Source: an uncultured Actinomycetes bacterium
GTDB lineage: Bacteria; Actinomycetota; Thermoleophilia; Solirubrobacterales; Solirubrobacteraceae
Assembly (NCBI GenBank): GCA_963700655.1
Contig: CAVOYJ010000002.1
Span: 11,212-75,211 of the forward strand
Direction of reading: 5' to 3'
Length of the DNA stretch: 64,000 bases
Made by a program: the position numbers and the translations under genes
Notes under the pieces: model-generated
Databases searched by the model: none
What the model was told of the DNA's origin: nothing
What the model saw: only the letters and a program-made list of their open reading frames with translations
Part shown: positions 18,326 to 26,852 of the stretch, in pieces
How the letters are laid out: each line of letters starts with the position of its first letter
Numbering within the stretch: the first letter of the stretch is position 1

Positions 18326-19290
18326 GTGAAGGCAACGAGCATTCTGGACACCATCGGGGACACCCCCCACATTCGGATCAACCGTCTCTACGCCGACCGC
18401 GACGTCGACGTGTGGATGAAGGCCGAGCGCGCCAACCCGGGCGGCTCGATCAAGGACCGGATCGGCCTCGCGATGGTCGAGGACGCCGAGCGTCGCGGCG
18501 TGCTCGGGCCCGAGCAGCACGATCGTCGAGCCGACCTCCGGCAACACCGGCGTCGGCCTGGCGATCGCGGCCGCCGTGCGCGGCTACAAGCTGATCCTCG
18601 TCATGCCCGAGTCGATGTCGCTCGAGCGCCGGCGCCTGATGGCGGCCTACGGCGCGCAGGTCGAGCTGACGCCCCGCGAGGGCGGGATGACGGCGGCGAT
18701 CGCACGCGCGAACGAGCTGGTCGAGCAGATCCCCGGCGCGTGGATCCCGCAGCAGTTCGAGAACCCGGCGAACATCGCGGTCCACCGCGAGAGCACCGCG
18801 CAGGAGATCCTGGCCGACTTCCCGGGCGGCATCGACTACCTCATCACCGGCGTCGGCACCGGCGGGCACATCACCGGGGTGAGCGAGGTCCTCAAGGAGC
18901 ACTTCCCGGCGCTCAAGACGTTCGCGGTGGAGCCCGCGAAGTCGCCGGTCATCAGCGGCGGCGATCCCAGCCCGCACCGCCTGCAGGGCATCGGCGCCGG
19001 CTTCGTTCCCGCGAACCTGCACGTCGCGACGCTCGACGGCGTGATCCAGGTCTCCGAGGAGGATGCCTACGCGTACACCGTTCGCACGGCGCGCGAGGAG
19101 GGCATCTTCGTCGGTCCCTCGTCCGGCGCCTCGCTGGCCGCCGTCGCGCAGAAGCTGCCCGAGATCCCGGACGGGAGCACGCGTGCTCACGTTCTGTTAC
19201 GACACGGGCGAGCGGTACTTCTCGGTCGAGGGCCTGTTCAGCGCCGACGGCACGTCAGTGCAGGTGGGGGCCCGGCCGGCCGGGCAGTGA
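18326..19290 (+). pseudogene. cysK: Cysteine synthase A (O-acetylserine sulfhydrylase), frame broken near 18512-18520 and 19176-19184
   Basis: GTG at 18326 after GGAG. PLP-lysine motif [11 protein letters not shown] in frame 1. [10 protein letters not shown]...[10 protein letters not shown]...SSGASLAA in the frame of ORF 18576..19295. The tail [20 protein letters not shown] is in the frame of ORF 19063..19290. Confidence 0.85.
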
Positions 19291-19433
19291 GCTGACCGTC
19301 AGGTCGGACACCGGGATGCCGTACCAGGTGCGCCCGTCGGCCCCGGCACCGCCATGACCGGGCCGCGCGCCGACGTTCGGCGGGCGGCCCGGGCGAAGGA
19401 CTTCTTCGCTGCGGACATGGCTGCGCCAGACGG

Positions 19434-19649
19434 TCAGTCGCCGCCGTCGTACTTGAACGAGATGTTCAGGCGCACGCGGAAGCTGCTGATCTTCCCGTCC
19501 TCGATCGTCACATCCTCACGCACGACCTCCGCCACTCGCAGGTCGCGAACCGACTTCGCCGCGGTCTCCACCGCGCTCCTCGCGGCGGACTCCCACGACT
19601 CGCTGCTCACCCCGATCACTTCAGTGACCCTGTACACGCTGTCGGCCAT
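19434..19649 (-). CDS. Dodecin-family protein
   Basis: 71 aa from the ATG at 19647-19649 after GGAGG. MADSVYRVTEVIGVSSESWESAARSAVETAAKSVRDLRVAEVV...FRVRLNISFKY is the characteristic dodecin text. Confidence 0.75.
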   Translation of the reverse strand: MADSVYRVTEVIGVSSESWESAARSAVETAAKSVRDLRVAEVVREDVTIEDGKISSFRVRLNISFKYDGGD

Positions 19650-19765
19650 GAACCTGCCTCCTTCGAATTGAGTGTCTGCCGAACGCAGACCATCCCAGAA
19701 CGCCGGCGCTCCGTCTGGCGACATGCCCGCGGCGATCGAGCGTGTCCTCGTGACGCCACGAACCC

Positions 19766-20699
19766 TCAGTACAGCGATTCGTCGTCATCGTCGTCGTCAT
19801 CCAGTTCCGCCGGCGACCACACCGGCCGCTCCATCCCCGCCCCCAGGAACCCGACCGAGAACCGCCGGCCCAGCTCGGTCCGCGCGCGCTTCCAGATCGC
19901 CTGCGCCCGCTCGTTGAGCACGCCGCGCTCGATCGACACGTCGATCCGGTCGAAGCCGCGCGCCTCGCTCGCACCGTCGGCCAGCTCCTCGTACGACGCG
20001 CGCAGACCCTGCAGGTCACGCCGCAGCTCAGCGGACATCGGCAGCGCATCCGCCGCGATGGGCCCGGTGGACGCCGACGGATCCCACCAGCGCACGTCGC
20101 CCTTCCCATCCGCCACGAGCACGAGGCGCGGGCGCTTCGCGCGCGACGGCCGCGTGAACTCGCAGCGCCGCCTCGGTGTCGACCTCGACGAATGCGGGGT
20201 GGAAGACGAGCAGGTCCAGGCTGCTGCGCCGGTCGCCGTCCGCTTCACGGTCCTCGGTCAGGACGATGGCGGTCTGCTCGAGCCCGAACTCGATCGCGAC
20301 CTCGGTGATCGCGGCCGGCCGGTCGAGCAGGCTGCCGGCGCGGCGCAGCTCGTCGCGATCCCAGACGCCGATCTCGGGCTCTCCGTCGTCACCGGCGTCG
20401 GGCACGAGCCGGACGACGGAGCCGGGGTCGAACGCGTCCTCCTGGAGCTGCTCGTCGTCGTGCGTGTGGACGGCCATGGTTGTGATCCGAGCGCCGTAGG
20501 CGCTGAGCAGCGGGTCGGTGCGGTCGATCAGCGGGCCGCCCGGAAGCCGGAGCTGGAACCCGTACTCGAACCAGCTGTTGTGGCCGGTGGTCCGGGTCGG
20601 CAGGAGCGGGTGAAGGGCGAGACGCAGCGGGGTGGAAGGGCTCACGCAGACGGGTCGTCGGGCGACGTGCCGATCTGACAGCGTGGTCCGTCCGGTCAC
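19766..20699 (-). pseudogene. Hypothetical protein with poly-Asp C-terminus, frame broken near 20160-20185
   Basis: The ATG at 20699 overlaps the upstream stop (ATGA). The N-half (..AVHTHDDEQLQEDAFDPGSVVRLVPDAGDDGEPEIGVWDRDELRRAGSLLDR..) is in the frame of ORF 20028..20699. The C-half (RPRLVLVADGKGDVRWWDP...SPAELDDDDDDDESLY) is in the frame of ORF 19766..20248. Confidence 0.5.
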
Positions 20700-21036
20700 C
20701 CGTAGCGCCCGCCTTCCTGGAGTCCGAGCAGCGTGACCCAGACGTCGGAATACACGTGGGCGCGGCCGGTCCCCTGCCGCTCCGCCACCGCGTTCTTGAA
20801 GTTCGGGTAGTCGATCTCCTTCGCGAGGGCGGCGGCCACGCCCTCGCCCACACCTCCCGCGGGACCGACGCCCGGAAGCGGTAGTCGCGCTCCGGCGTCT
20901 CCTCCAGCTCGAGCCCGGGGATCAGGTCCGCGAGCGACTCGAGGTCTTCGCGTACGCGCGCGCGCACGAGCACGTTTCCGTCCTCGTGGTGATCGGCGAC
21001 CACCGAGTAGAAGCCGCGGGTCGTCATGAGCCACAT
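20696..21036 (-). pseudogene. Conserved hypothetical protein, frame broken near 20855-20865
   Basis: MWLMTTRGFYSVVADHHEDGNVLVRARVREDLESLADLIPGLELEETPERDYRFRASVPREVW is followed in another frame by GEGVAAALAKEIDYPNFKNAVAERQGTGRAHVYSDVWVTLLGLQ. The start overlaps the upstream stop (TGATG). Confidence 0.5.
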
Positions 21037-21767
21037 CAGGCGGCCTCCTCGAGTCGGATCATCAGGGCGTGCAGCAGGTCGGCGGCGTCGGTCGGGTCGT
21101 CGTCGGGCTCGAGCTCGATCGCGCGCCGGTAGGCCGTCTGCGCCTCGCCGTCCTCGCCGATCGCCTCGGCGGCCTTCCCGTACCAGCACCAGTTCCACGC
21201 GCCGGCGGGCGCGAGCTCGGCGTAGTAGCGCAGGTGGCGGTAGGCCTCGTGGAAGCGGCCCAGCTCGTAGAGCGTGTAGCCGAGCGCGAAGTGCGCCATG
21301 CAGTCGCCGGCCTCCAGGCAGTCGAGCCAGTCGGCGAGCGCGGCCTCGCCCTGCGTGTTCACGCCGGCGCTGAAATAGACGCGGTTGATGGTCGGCTCGC
21401 TGCCGAACAGCGCGCGGGCCGCGAGCACGGTCTCACCCACCGTCGCCTCGGTCAGGCCGAGCTGCGGGACGTGGAAGCGCGGGCCGTCCCAGACCTCGTC
21501 CAGGTCGCGGGCGTCCTCGTCGAAGGTCGAGAGGCTCACGATCTTGAAGCCGACCTCGCGGCCGCCCGGGGCGTCGAGCAGGAACCCGATGTGGTGGTGC
21601 ACGCCGCGCCACAGCTCGCTCGGCTGGCCGTCGTCGATGCGCCCGAACTCGAGCGCGACCAGCCAGTCGTAGTCGGGCAGGTGGTTGAGATAGAGACGGA
21701 TGTCGCTCACACCCACGGGTCGTCTCGCGCGGCGCGGATCTGACGCCGCGACCGCGCCGGCGGGCAT
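21036..21767 (-). CDS. TPR-like repeat protein
   Basis: The C-terminal half (AHFALGYTLYELGRFHEAYRHLRYYAELAPAGAWNWCWYGKAAEAIGEDGEAQTAYRRAIELEP) is typical TPR text. The start is uncertain: ATG 21767 or GTG 21710. Confidence 0.6.
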   Translation of the reverse strand: MPAGAVAASDPRRARRPVGVSDIRLYLNHLPDYDWLVALEFGRIDDGQPSELWRGVHHHIGFLLDAPGGREVGFKIVSLSTFDEDARDLDEVWDGPRFHVPQLGLTEATVGETVLAARALFGSEPTINRVYFSAGVNTQGEAALADWLDCLEAGDCMAHFALGYTLYELGRFHEAYRHLRYYAELAPAGAWNWCWYGKAAEAIGEDGEAQTAYRRAIELEPDDDPTDAADLLHALMIRLEEAA

Positions 21768-21777
21768 CCTTCACCTC

Positions 21778-22257
21778 GTGTCCGACGCCGGCCTCGTGCT
21801 CATCGGCCTGGCGATCCTCGCCGGGATCGTCGGCATCATCGTGCCCGTTCTCCCCGGCGCGCTGCTCGTGGTCGGGGCGATCCTGGTGTGGGCGCTGATC
21901 GTGTCCTCGGCGACGGGCTGGGCGGTGCTGGCGGCCGCCATCGTGCTGATCGGCGCCGCGCAGATCGTGAAGTACCTCGTCCCCGGGCGGCGGATGCGCG
22001 ACGCCGGCGTGCCCAACAGCACGATCGTCGCGGGCGTCGTCGTGGGCATCGTCGGCTTCTTCGTCATCCCCGTCGTCGGGCTCTTCCTCGGCTTCCCCGC
22101 CGGGGTCTACCTGGCCGAGCGCCGCCGCCTGGGACCCCACCACCACGCGTGGGAGTCGACGAAACACGCGCTGAAGGCCCTCGGGCTCTCGATCCTCATC
22201 GAGCTGACCGCCGTGCTGCTCGTCGCCGGGGTGTGGCTGACGGTCGTGCTCAGCTGA
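21778..22257 (+). CDS. DUF456-family membrane protein
   Basis: 159 aa from the GTG at 21778. Four TM segments with PVLPGALLVVGAILVW and FLGFPAGVYLAE, the typical DUF456 layout. Confidence 0.65.
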   Translation: MSDAGLVLIGLAILAGIVGIIVPVLPGALLVVGAILVWALIVSSATGWAVLAAAIVLIGAAQIVKYLVPGRRMRDAGVPNSTIVAGVVVGIVGFFVIPVVGLFLGFPAGVYLAERRRLGPHHHAWESTKHALKALGLSILIELTAVLLVAGVWLTVVLS

Positions 22258-22813
22258 GGTCGCCGCGCTCGCGGAGCAGCCGCTCGACCCGCTCGTCGTC
22301 GAGGACGAGTGCCGTCGTCAGGACCGCCTCGAGCCGGCCCTGCGCGTCGGCGAGCGACAGTCGCAGCGCGAGGTCGCGTCGCGGGTTCGGTCCGCGGGCC
22401 GGGGTGAGGATGTCCCGCACGCTCGCGCGGACCGCCGCGACGAGCTTGGTCATCGCCTCGGCGTCGGTGAAGCCGTGCTCGGCGACGGCGAGGCCATCCA
22501 GCGCGTAGGTCCACGTGTCGGGACGGTGGTGTCGGGTCGCGCGGACGACGAGCGGCGGCGCCTCGTCCGTCCGCCAGGGATGTCCCTCCGGCCCCGCCGG
22601 TGGGCTGATCACGACGATGCGCGTTTCGCGACCGTCCTCGACCGGCGCCTCACCCCCGCCCCAGGAGGCCGCGAGCTCCATGAGCGAGCCGCCGCAGATC
22701 GGACAGCACGCGAGCCCGTGGTCGGGCGCGGCGGACTGCGCCTCGAGCAGCGCGCCGCACCCCCCACACGACAGCGTCGCCGTGTAGACCACGGGCTCAG
22801 GCCCGTCGCTCAC
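22250..22813 (-). CDS. Zinc-ribbon protein of unknown function (second gene of the DUF6569-like operon)
   Basis: 187 aa. Four-Cys ribbon CGGC-x16-CCPIC near the N-terminus. The start overlaps the upstream stop by 4 nt. The C-terminal domain is not recognised. Confidence 0.6.
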   Translation of the reverse strand: MSDGPEPVVYTATLSCGGCGALLEAQSAAPDHGLACCPICGGSLMELAASWGGGEAPVEDGRETRIVVISPPAGPEGHPWRTDEAPPLVVRATRHHRPDTWTYALDGLAVAEHGFTDAEAMTKLVAAVRASVRDILTPARGPNPRRDLALRLSLADAQGRLEAVLTTALVLDDERVERLLRERGDLS

Positions 22814-23781
22814 CGCAGGCGCCTGCGCGACGGCCTGGCGACCCCACCGACGATGTCCTCCCGTGAGGTCGAGCTCGGGAACGCGCAGAGCGCGACCACC
22901 TCGTCCTCGAAGGACAGGCTGCCGCCGACGAGCCGATCACCGACCAGCGTGTGCGCCTCACCGATGCCCGGAGTCGGGACGGGCCGGCGCGACGCGTCGA
23001 GGACCCGCGCGAGGAACGCACCGGCCCGCGTCGGGTCGGCCGGGTCACGCCCCTGCACCGGCCGGGCCGACAGCCCATCCAGCGCATAGCCGCGCACGAG
23101 GCGGTCATGCAGCGCCGCGAACACCTCGGCGCGCCCGACGACGTCCAGCGCGATCGGCGCGCCGCCGACGCATGCGAGCGCCCCGACCTGATCGGTCACG
23201 GGCTCGATGTCGTCGGCGAGCGCGCCGATCTCCCCCCGACGCTGCTCGAAGAGGTCTCCGAACTTGGAGCTCTCCGAGTCGACGCCGAAGCGCTGGAGCC
23301 GCGAGCCGACCTCCTGCCAGACCTCGCCCTGGGCGGGTCGCCCGGCGAGCCCCTGCTCTTCACTGCGCAGGGCCGACTCACGCTTGATGCGCCGCAGCGA
23401 CGGGTCGTCGGCGTGCGGTGCGGGTGCGAAGTGCTCGTCGCGGCGGCGGCCGTCCCAGCGGCCCTGCTCGACGCAGCTGACGGGCACCTCGATCTGGGCG
23501 CCGGCGCCGACGAGGACGCTGGTGTCCATCGCGCGGTCCTGCTGGGCGCCGATGACCTGCTCGCCCTCGTACAGGAGCAGCGCCTGGTCGGTCGGGTTGC
23601 CGACGAGCAGGCGGTTGACGGACGCGCCCTGGTCGAGCTCCTTGACGAACGCGCCGTGCTGGATGGCGGTGGAGTAGGCGCGGTACGGCAGGACCGGCGG
23701 TGGTCCGAAGACCGGGAAGACGGCGAGCGGGCCGACGACCTGCGGCTCGCCGAGGGTGAGCTGGGTGGTGAGGGTGTCCAT
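22810..23781 (-). CDS. DUF6569 / 'ARPP-1'-like family protein
   Basis: 323 aa. The N-terminal core LAVFPVF...YSTAIQHGAFVKELDQGASVNRLLVGNPTDQALLLYEGEQVIGAQQDRAMDTSVLVGAGAQIEVPVSCVEQGRW matches, from memory, the conserved L(L/Y)xGExLxGAKQNR...IPVxCVExGRW core of that family. Confidence 0.6.
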   Translation of the reverse strand: MDTLTTQLTLGEPQVVGPLAVFPVFGPPPVLPYRAYSTAIQHGAFVKELDQGASVNRLLVGNPTDQALLLYEGEQVIGAQQDRAMDTSVLVGAGAQIEVPVSCVEQGRWDGRRRDEHFAPAPHADDPSLRRIKRESALRSEEQGLAGRPAQGEVWQEVGSRLQRFGVDSESSKFGDLFEQRRGEIGALADDIEPVTDQVGALACVGGAPIALDVVGRAEVFAALHDRLVRGYALDGLSARPVQGRDPADPTRAGAFLARVLDASRRPVPTPGIGEAHTLVGDRLVGGSLSFEDEVVALCAFPSSTSREDIVGGVARPSRRRLR

Positions 23782-23838
23782 GCCCGGTGGGTCGCCCCCG
23801 CTGCAGAAGGTCTGACAGCGGCTGTCACACCCAGCCCG

Positions 23839-24252
23839 TCACTCCGCCTGGACAGTCACCACCTCGAGCCCCTCGATGCCCGCGAAGTCCGCGGGGTTGC
23901 ACGTGTAGATCGGAACGTCGCGCGCGATCGCCGTCGCGGCGATCATCGCGTCGTAGGCGCGAGCGGCGGGCTTGCGGCCGGCTCGCCGCAGCGAGGCGGC
24001 GACCTGACCGAACGCGCGGGCTGCGGCGGCGTCGAACGGCAGCGGGTCGAAGTCCGCCTCCGCCTGTTGCAGATGTGCCTGGCGGGCCGAGCGCTCGCGC
24101 TCATCGGCGGCGACAAGTGGACCGACCGAGAGCTCGGCGAGCGTGACCGTCGTGATCAGCGGCTCGGCCGGCAGCACTGAAGGTTCGGTCAGGCGGCTGA
24201 GCAGGATCACGGTCGATGTGTCGAGCACGCCGCGTGAAGGTGCGACGCTCAC
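23839..24252 (-). CDS. vapC: PIN-domain toxin (VapC-like)
   Basis: 137 aa. GVLDTSTVILL (first Asp), TLAELSVGP, and AAARAYDAMIAATAIARDVPIYTCNPADF, the typical PIN text. The start overlaps the antitoxin stop by 4 nt. Confidence 0.85.
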   Translation of the reverse strand: MSVAPSRGVLDTSTVILLSRLTEPSVLPAEPLITTVTLAELSVGPLVAADERERSARQAHLQQAEADFDPLPFDAAAARAFGQVAASLRRAGRKPAARAYDAMIAATAIARDVPIYTCNPADFAGIEGLEVVTVQAE

Positions 24253-24485
24253 AGCCGCGGGTCGAGCGTTGCGTCGATGTCAGCGCGCAGGGCGCCGGCG
24301 TCGACGTGCGGGAGGCGAGCCCACCGCTCGAGCAGCAGCTCCGCGGGCAGCGGGCGGTCAGGAAGCGCGCTGAGCTGCGCGACCGGCGTCCCCGCGCGCG
24401 TGATCGTCACCACTTCGCCGCGTGCGGCCCGCTCGACGATGTCCCCTCCGTGGTTGCGCAGGTCGCGGATGCTCGCCTCAGCCAT
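24249..24485 (-). CDS. Type II antitoxin (Phd/YefM-like)
   Basis: 78 aa. MAEASIRDLRNHGGDIVERAARGEVVTITRAGTPVAQL, immediately upstream of and coupled to the PIN gene. Confidence 0.8.
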   Translation of the reverse strand: MAEASIRDLRNHGGDIVERAARGEVVTITRAGTPVAQLSALPDRPLPAELLLERWARLPHVDAGALRADIDATLDPRL

Positions 24486-24493
24486 GCGGAGAC

Positions 24494-24511
24494 TGTATCA
24501 CGCGTGATACA
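24494..24511. promoter_or_regulatory. Perfect 18-bp palindrome TGTATCACGCGTGATACA (candidate TA operator)
   Basis: Read directly. It lies 8 nt upstream of the antitoxin ATG (24485, minus strand). Confidence 0.6.
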
Positions 24512-24597
24512 CCGTCGATGCCGGCCCGGAGTCACGCGGGCGCCTTGACGTCCCTGCCTCCCGGATCTACGGTCGGTCCCCGACCGGGGAGGATCTG

Positions 24598-26781
24598 ATG
24601 GACCGTGCCGCTGCCGGGGCGCCTGACCGCGCCGCCGTGCTGATCACCGTGCTGCTCGCGGTGGTGGCCGTGCTCGCGCCCGCGCCGGCGAACGCGGAGA
24701 TCTCGGGATCGGCGGTCCGCGCGCAGCAGGCCGGCCTCATCGACGTCGGCCTGTCGCATGCGTGCGCGATCCTCACGGCCGGCGAGGTGCGCTGCTGGGG
24801 CCTCAACACCGCCGGCCAGCTCGGGCAGGGAGACACCGCGCCGATCGGGGACAACGAGCACCCAGACGCGGCGGCGGCGGTTCGGCTCGGCGCGGGCCGC
24901 CGCGCGGTGCAGATCGCGCTCGGCTCCAGCCACACGTGTGCACTCCTGGACGATGGGACCGTGCGCTGCTGGGGCCTCAACACCGTCGGCCAACTCGGGC
25001 AGGCGAACACCGCGCCCGTCGGCGACGACGAGACGCCCGACGCGGTCCCGCCGGTCAGCCTCGGCGGCCGCGCCGTCGCGATCAGCGCAGGTGGCGACAA
25101 CACGTGCGCCGTGCTCGATGGCGGCACGGCACGCTGCTGGGGGCCGGACACCTACGGCCAGCTCGGCACCGCGGGCGACGCCCTGACGACGATCGGCGAC
25201 GACGAGACGCCGGCCCAGGGCCTGAAGCTCGGCGTCGACCTGCCGGTGCAGACGATCGCGATGAGCACGACCCACGCCTGCGCGCTGCTGCAGGGCGGGC
25301 GCGTCGGCTGCTGGGGCCAGGGCTCGTTCAACGCGCTCGGGTACGGCAACGCGGACACGATCGGCGACGACGAAGACCCGCAGGACGCCGGCTACGTGAA
25401 CCTCGGCACCGGCCGCACGGCGACCGCGATCAGCACGGGGGGCTACGACTCCTGCGCGATCCTCGACGACGCGAGCGCGACCTGCTGGGGCTACGGCCAG
25501 TACGGGCGCCAGGGCCGCGGCGACGAGAACTCGGTCCCGAACCCCGCTCTCGTGCCGCCGCTGGACCTCGGCGTCGGCGCGCGCGTGCAGGCAATCGCCG
25601 CCGGTGGCGTCATGACCGGCTACGCCCATGCCTGCGTGATCCTCGGCGACGGGTCGCTGCGCTGCTGGGGCCGCAACCCGAGCGGCCAGCTCGGCTACGG
25701 GAACCTCACCGACATCGGGGACACCGCCGGCGAGACCGCAGCCTCCGGCGGGCCGGTCGACATCGGCGCCGGCCGCACCGCGGTCGCGACCGCCGCCGGC
25801 GGCACGTCGAGCTGCGCGCTGCTCGACGACGGGACGCTTCGCTGCTGGGGACTGAACAGCTCCGGCCAGCTCGGCATCGCGTCGATCGCGTCGGTCGGCG
25901 ACGACGAGCTTCCGGGCAGCGTCCCGCCGGTGCGCCTTGGCGGCGCGCTGACGGGCGGACTGGGCGACGCGTCGCTGACGCTCGCCATCGACGCGGCGCA
26001 GCGCACCGTCGGCCAGGATGTCCGCCTGACCGCGACGCTGCGATCCAGCGGGCTCGACGCGGTCGGCGCGCCCGCGGTGCAGCTGTCGCTGCCGGCGGGG
26101 CTGGCGCTCGTCACCGCCGCCCCGTCCGCCGGGACCTTCGCGGGCGGGACGTGGACCCTGCCGAGCGTCCCCACGGGGACGGACGCGACGCTGACCGTCA
26201 TCGCACGGGTCGGTGCGCCCGGCCCGCAGACCGCCGCTGCCGAGCTGACGGCGACCGCCGCGAGCTTCACCGACGCGGACTCGACACCCGGCAACGGGGT
26301 GGCGACCGAGGACGACCAGGCGAGCGCGACCGTGACCGGCGTCGCCGAACCCGTGGCGACCGGGACGAGCGCGCCGCAGCTGACTGCGCTCTCGCTGTCG
26401 CGGCGGACGTTCGCGGTCGGGCGCGGCCCGACGGCGGTGAGCGCGACCGCCCGCGGGACGACCGCGCGCTTCGTGCTGTCGGGCCCGGCGAGCGTGCGGT
26501 TCACGGTGACGCGCCGGCTGCCTGGGCGCCGATCGGGGAACCGCTGCGTGGCGGTCGGGCGCACTCGGCCCAGCGCGCGGCGGCGTTGCACGCGGACGGT
26601 GACGGTCGGGACGCTCAGGCGCTCCGGGCTCGCCGCCGGCGCGCGGACGCTTGCGTTCAGCGGGCGGATCGGGCGGCGCGCGCTGCGGCCTGGGAGGTAC
26701 TCGCTCGTGCTGCTGCCGACCGGGCCGACGGGTCTGCCCGGGGCCGCGCGCGCGATCGGGTTCCGGGTGGTCGCGCGCTGA
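24598..26781 (+). CDS. Secreted RCC1-repeat beta-propeller protein with DUF11-like domain and Arg-rich C-terminal module
   Basis: 727 aa with a signal peptide (VLLAVVAVLAPAPANA). About 7 repeats of HxCA(L/I)LxxGxxxCWGxNxxGQLG. A DUF11-like segment (VRLTATLRSSG...TLTVIARV). C-terminal module FVLSGPASVRFTVTRRLPGRRSGNRCV...RCTRTVTVG...FSGRIGRRALRPGRYSL. Confidence 0.8.
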   Translation: MDRAAAGAPDRAAVLITVLLAVVAVLAPAPANAEISGSAVRAQQAGLIDVGLSHACAILTAGEVRCWGLNTAGQLGQGDTAPIGDNEHPDAAAAVRLGAGRRAVQIALGSSHTCALLDDGTVRCWGLNTVGQLGQANTAPVGDDETPDAVPPVSLGGRAVAISAGGDNTCAVLDGGTARCWGPDTYGQLGTAGDALTTIGDDETPAQGLKLGVDLPVQTIAMSTTHACALLQGGRVGCWGQGSFNALGYGNADTIGDDEDPQDAGYVNLGTGRTATAISTGGYDSCAILDDASATCWGYGQYGRQGRGDENSVPNPALVPPLDLGVGARVQAIAAGGVMTGYAHACVILGDGSLRCWGRNPSGQLGYGNLTDIGDTAGETAASGGPVDIGAGRTAVATAAGGTSSCALLDDGTLRCWGLNSSGQLGIASIASVGDDELPGSVPPVRLGGALTGGLGDASLTLAIDAAQRTVGQDVRLTATLRSSGLDAVGAPAVQLSLPAGLALVTAAPSAGTFAGGTWTLPSVPTGTDATLTVIARVGAPGPQTAAAELTATAASFTDADSTPGNGVATEDDQASATVTGVAEPVATGTSAPQLTALSLSRRTFAVGRGPTAVSATARGTTARFVLSGPASVRFTVTRRLPGRRSGNRCVAVGRTRPSARRRCTRTVTVGTLRRSGLAAGARTLAFSGRIGRRALRPGRYSLVLLPTGPTGLPGAARAIGFRVVAR

Positions 26782-26852
26782 GCGCGCCGCCACCTGTCAG
26801 ATCCCCGCCACACCCCGCGACTCCAGCGCATCCCCAGCGCAAGGAGCCCGGC

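Noticed and set aside
16092-18335. 747-aa minus-strand ORF. Similar very long ORFs include 16082..18118, 24532..26793, 24762..28121 (5' part), 25695..28505, 34337..35863, 35044..36402, 36461..38101, 45516..46748, 46956..48563, 48822..50705 (5' part) and 50483..52462.
   Set aside because: Their translations are Arg/Ala/Gly/Pro-rich low-complexity strings without motifs. They lie antisense to, or out of frame with, genes carrying clear family signatures. Long stop-free alternative frames are expected at this GC content.
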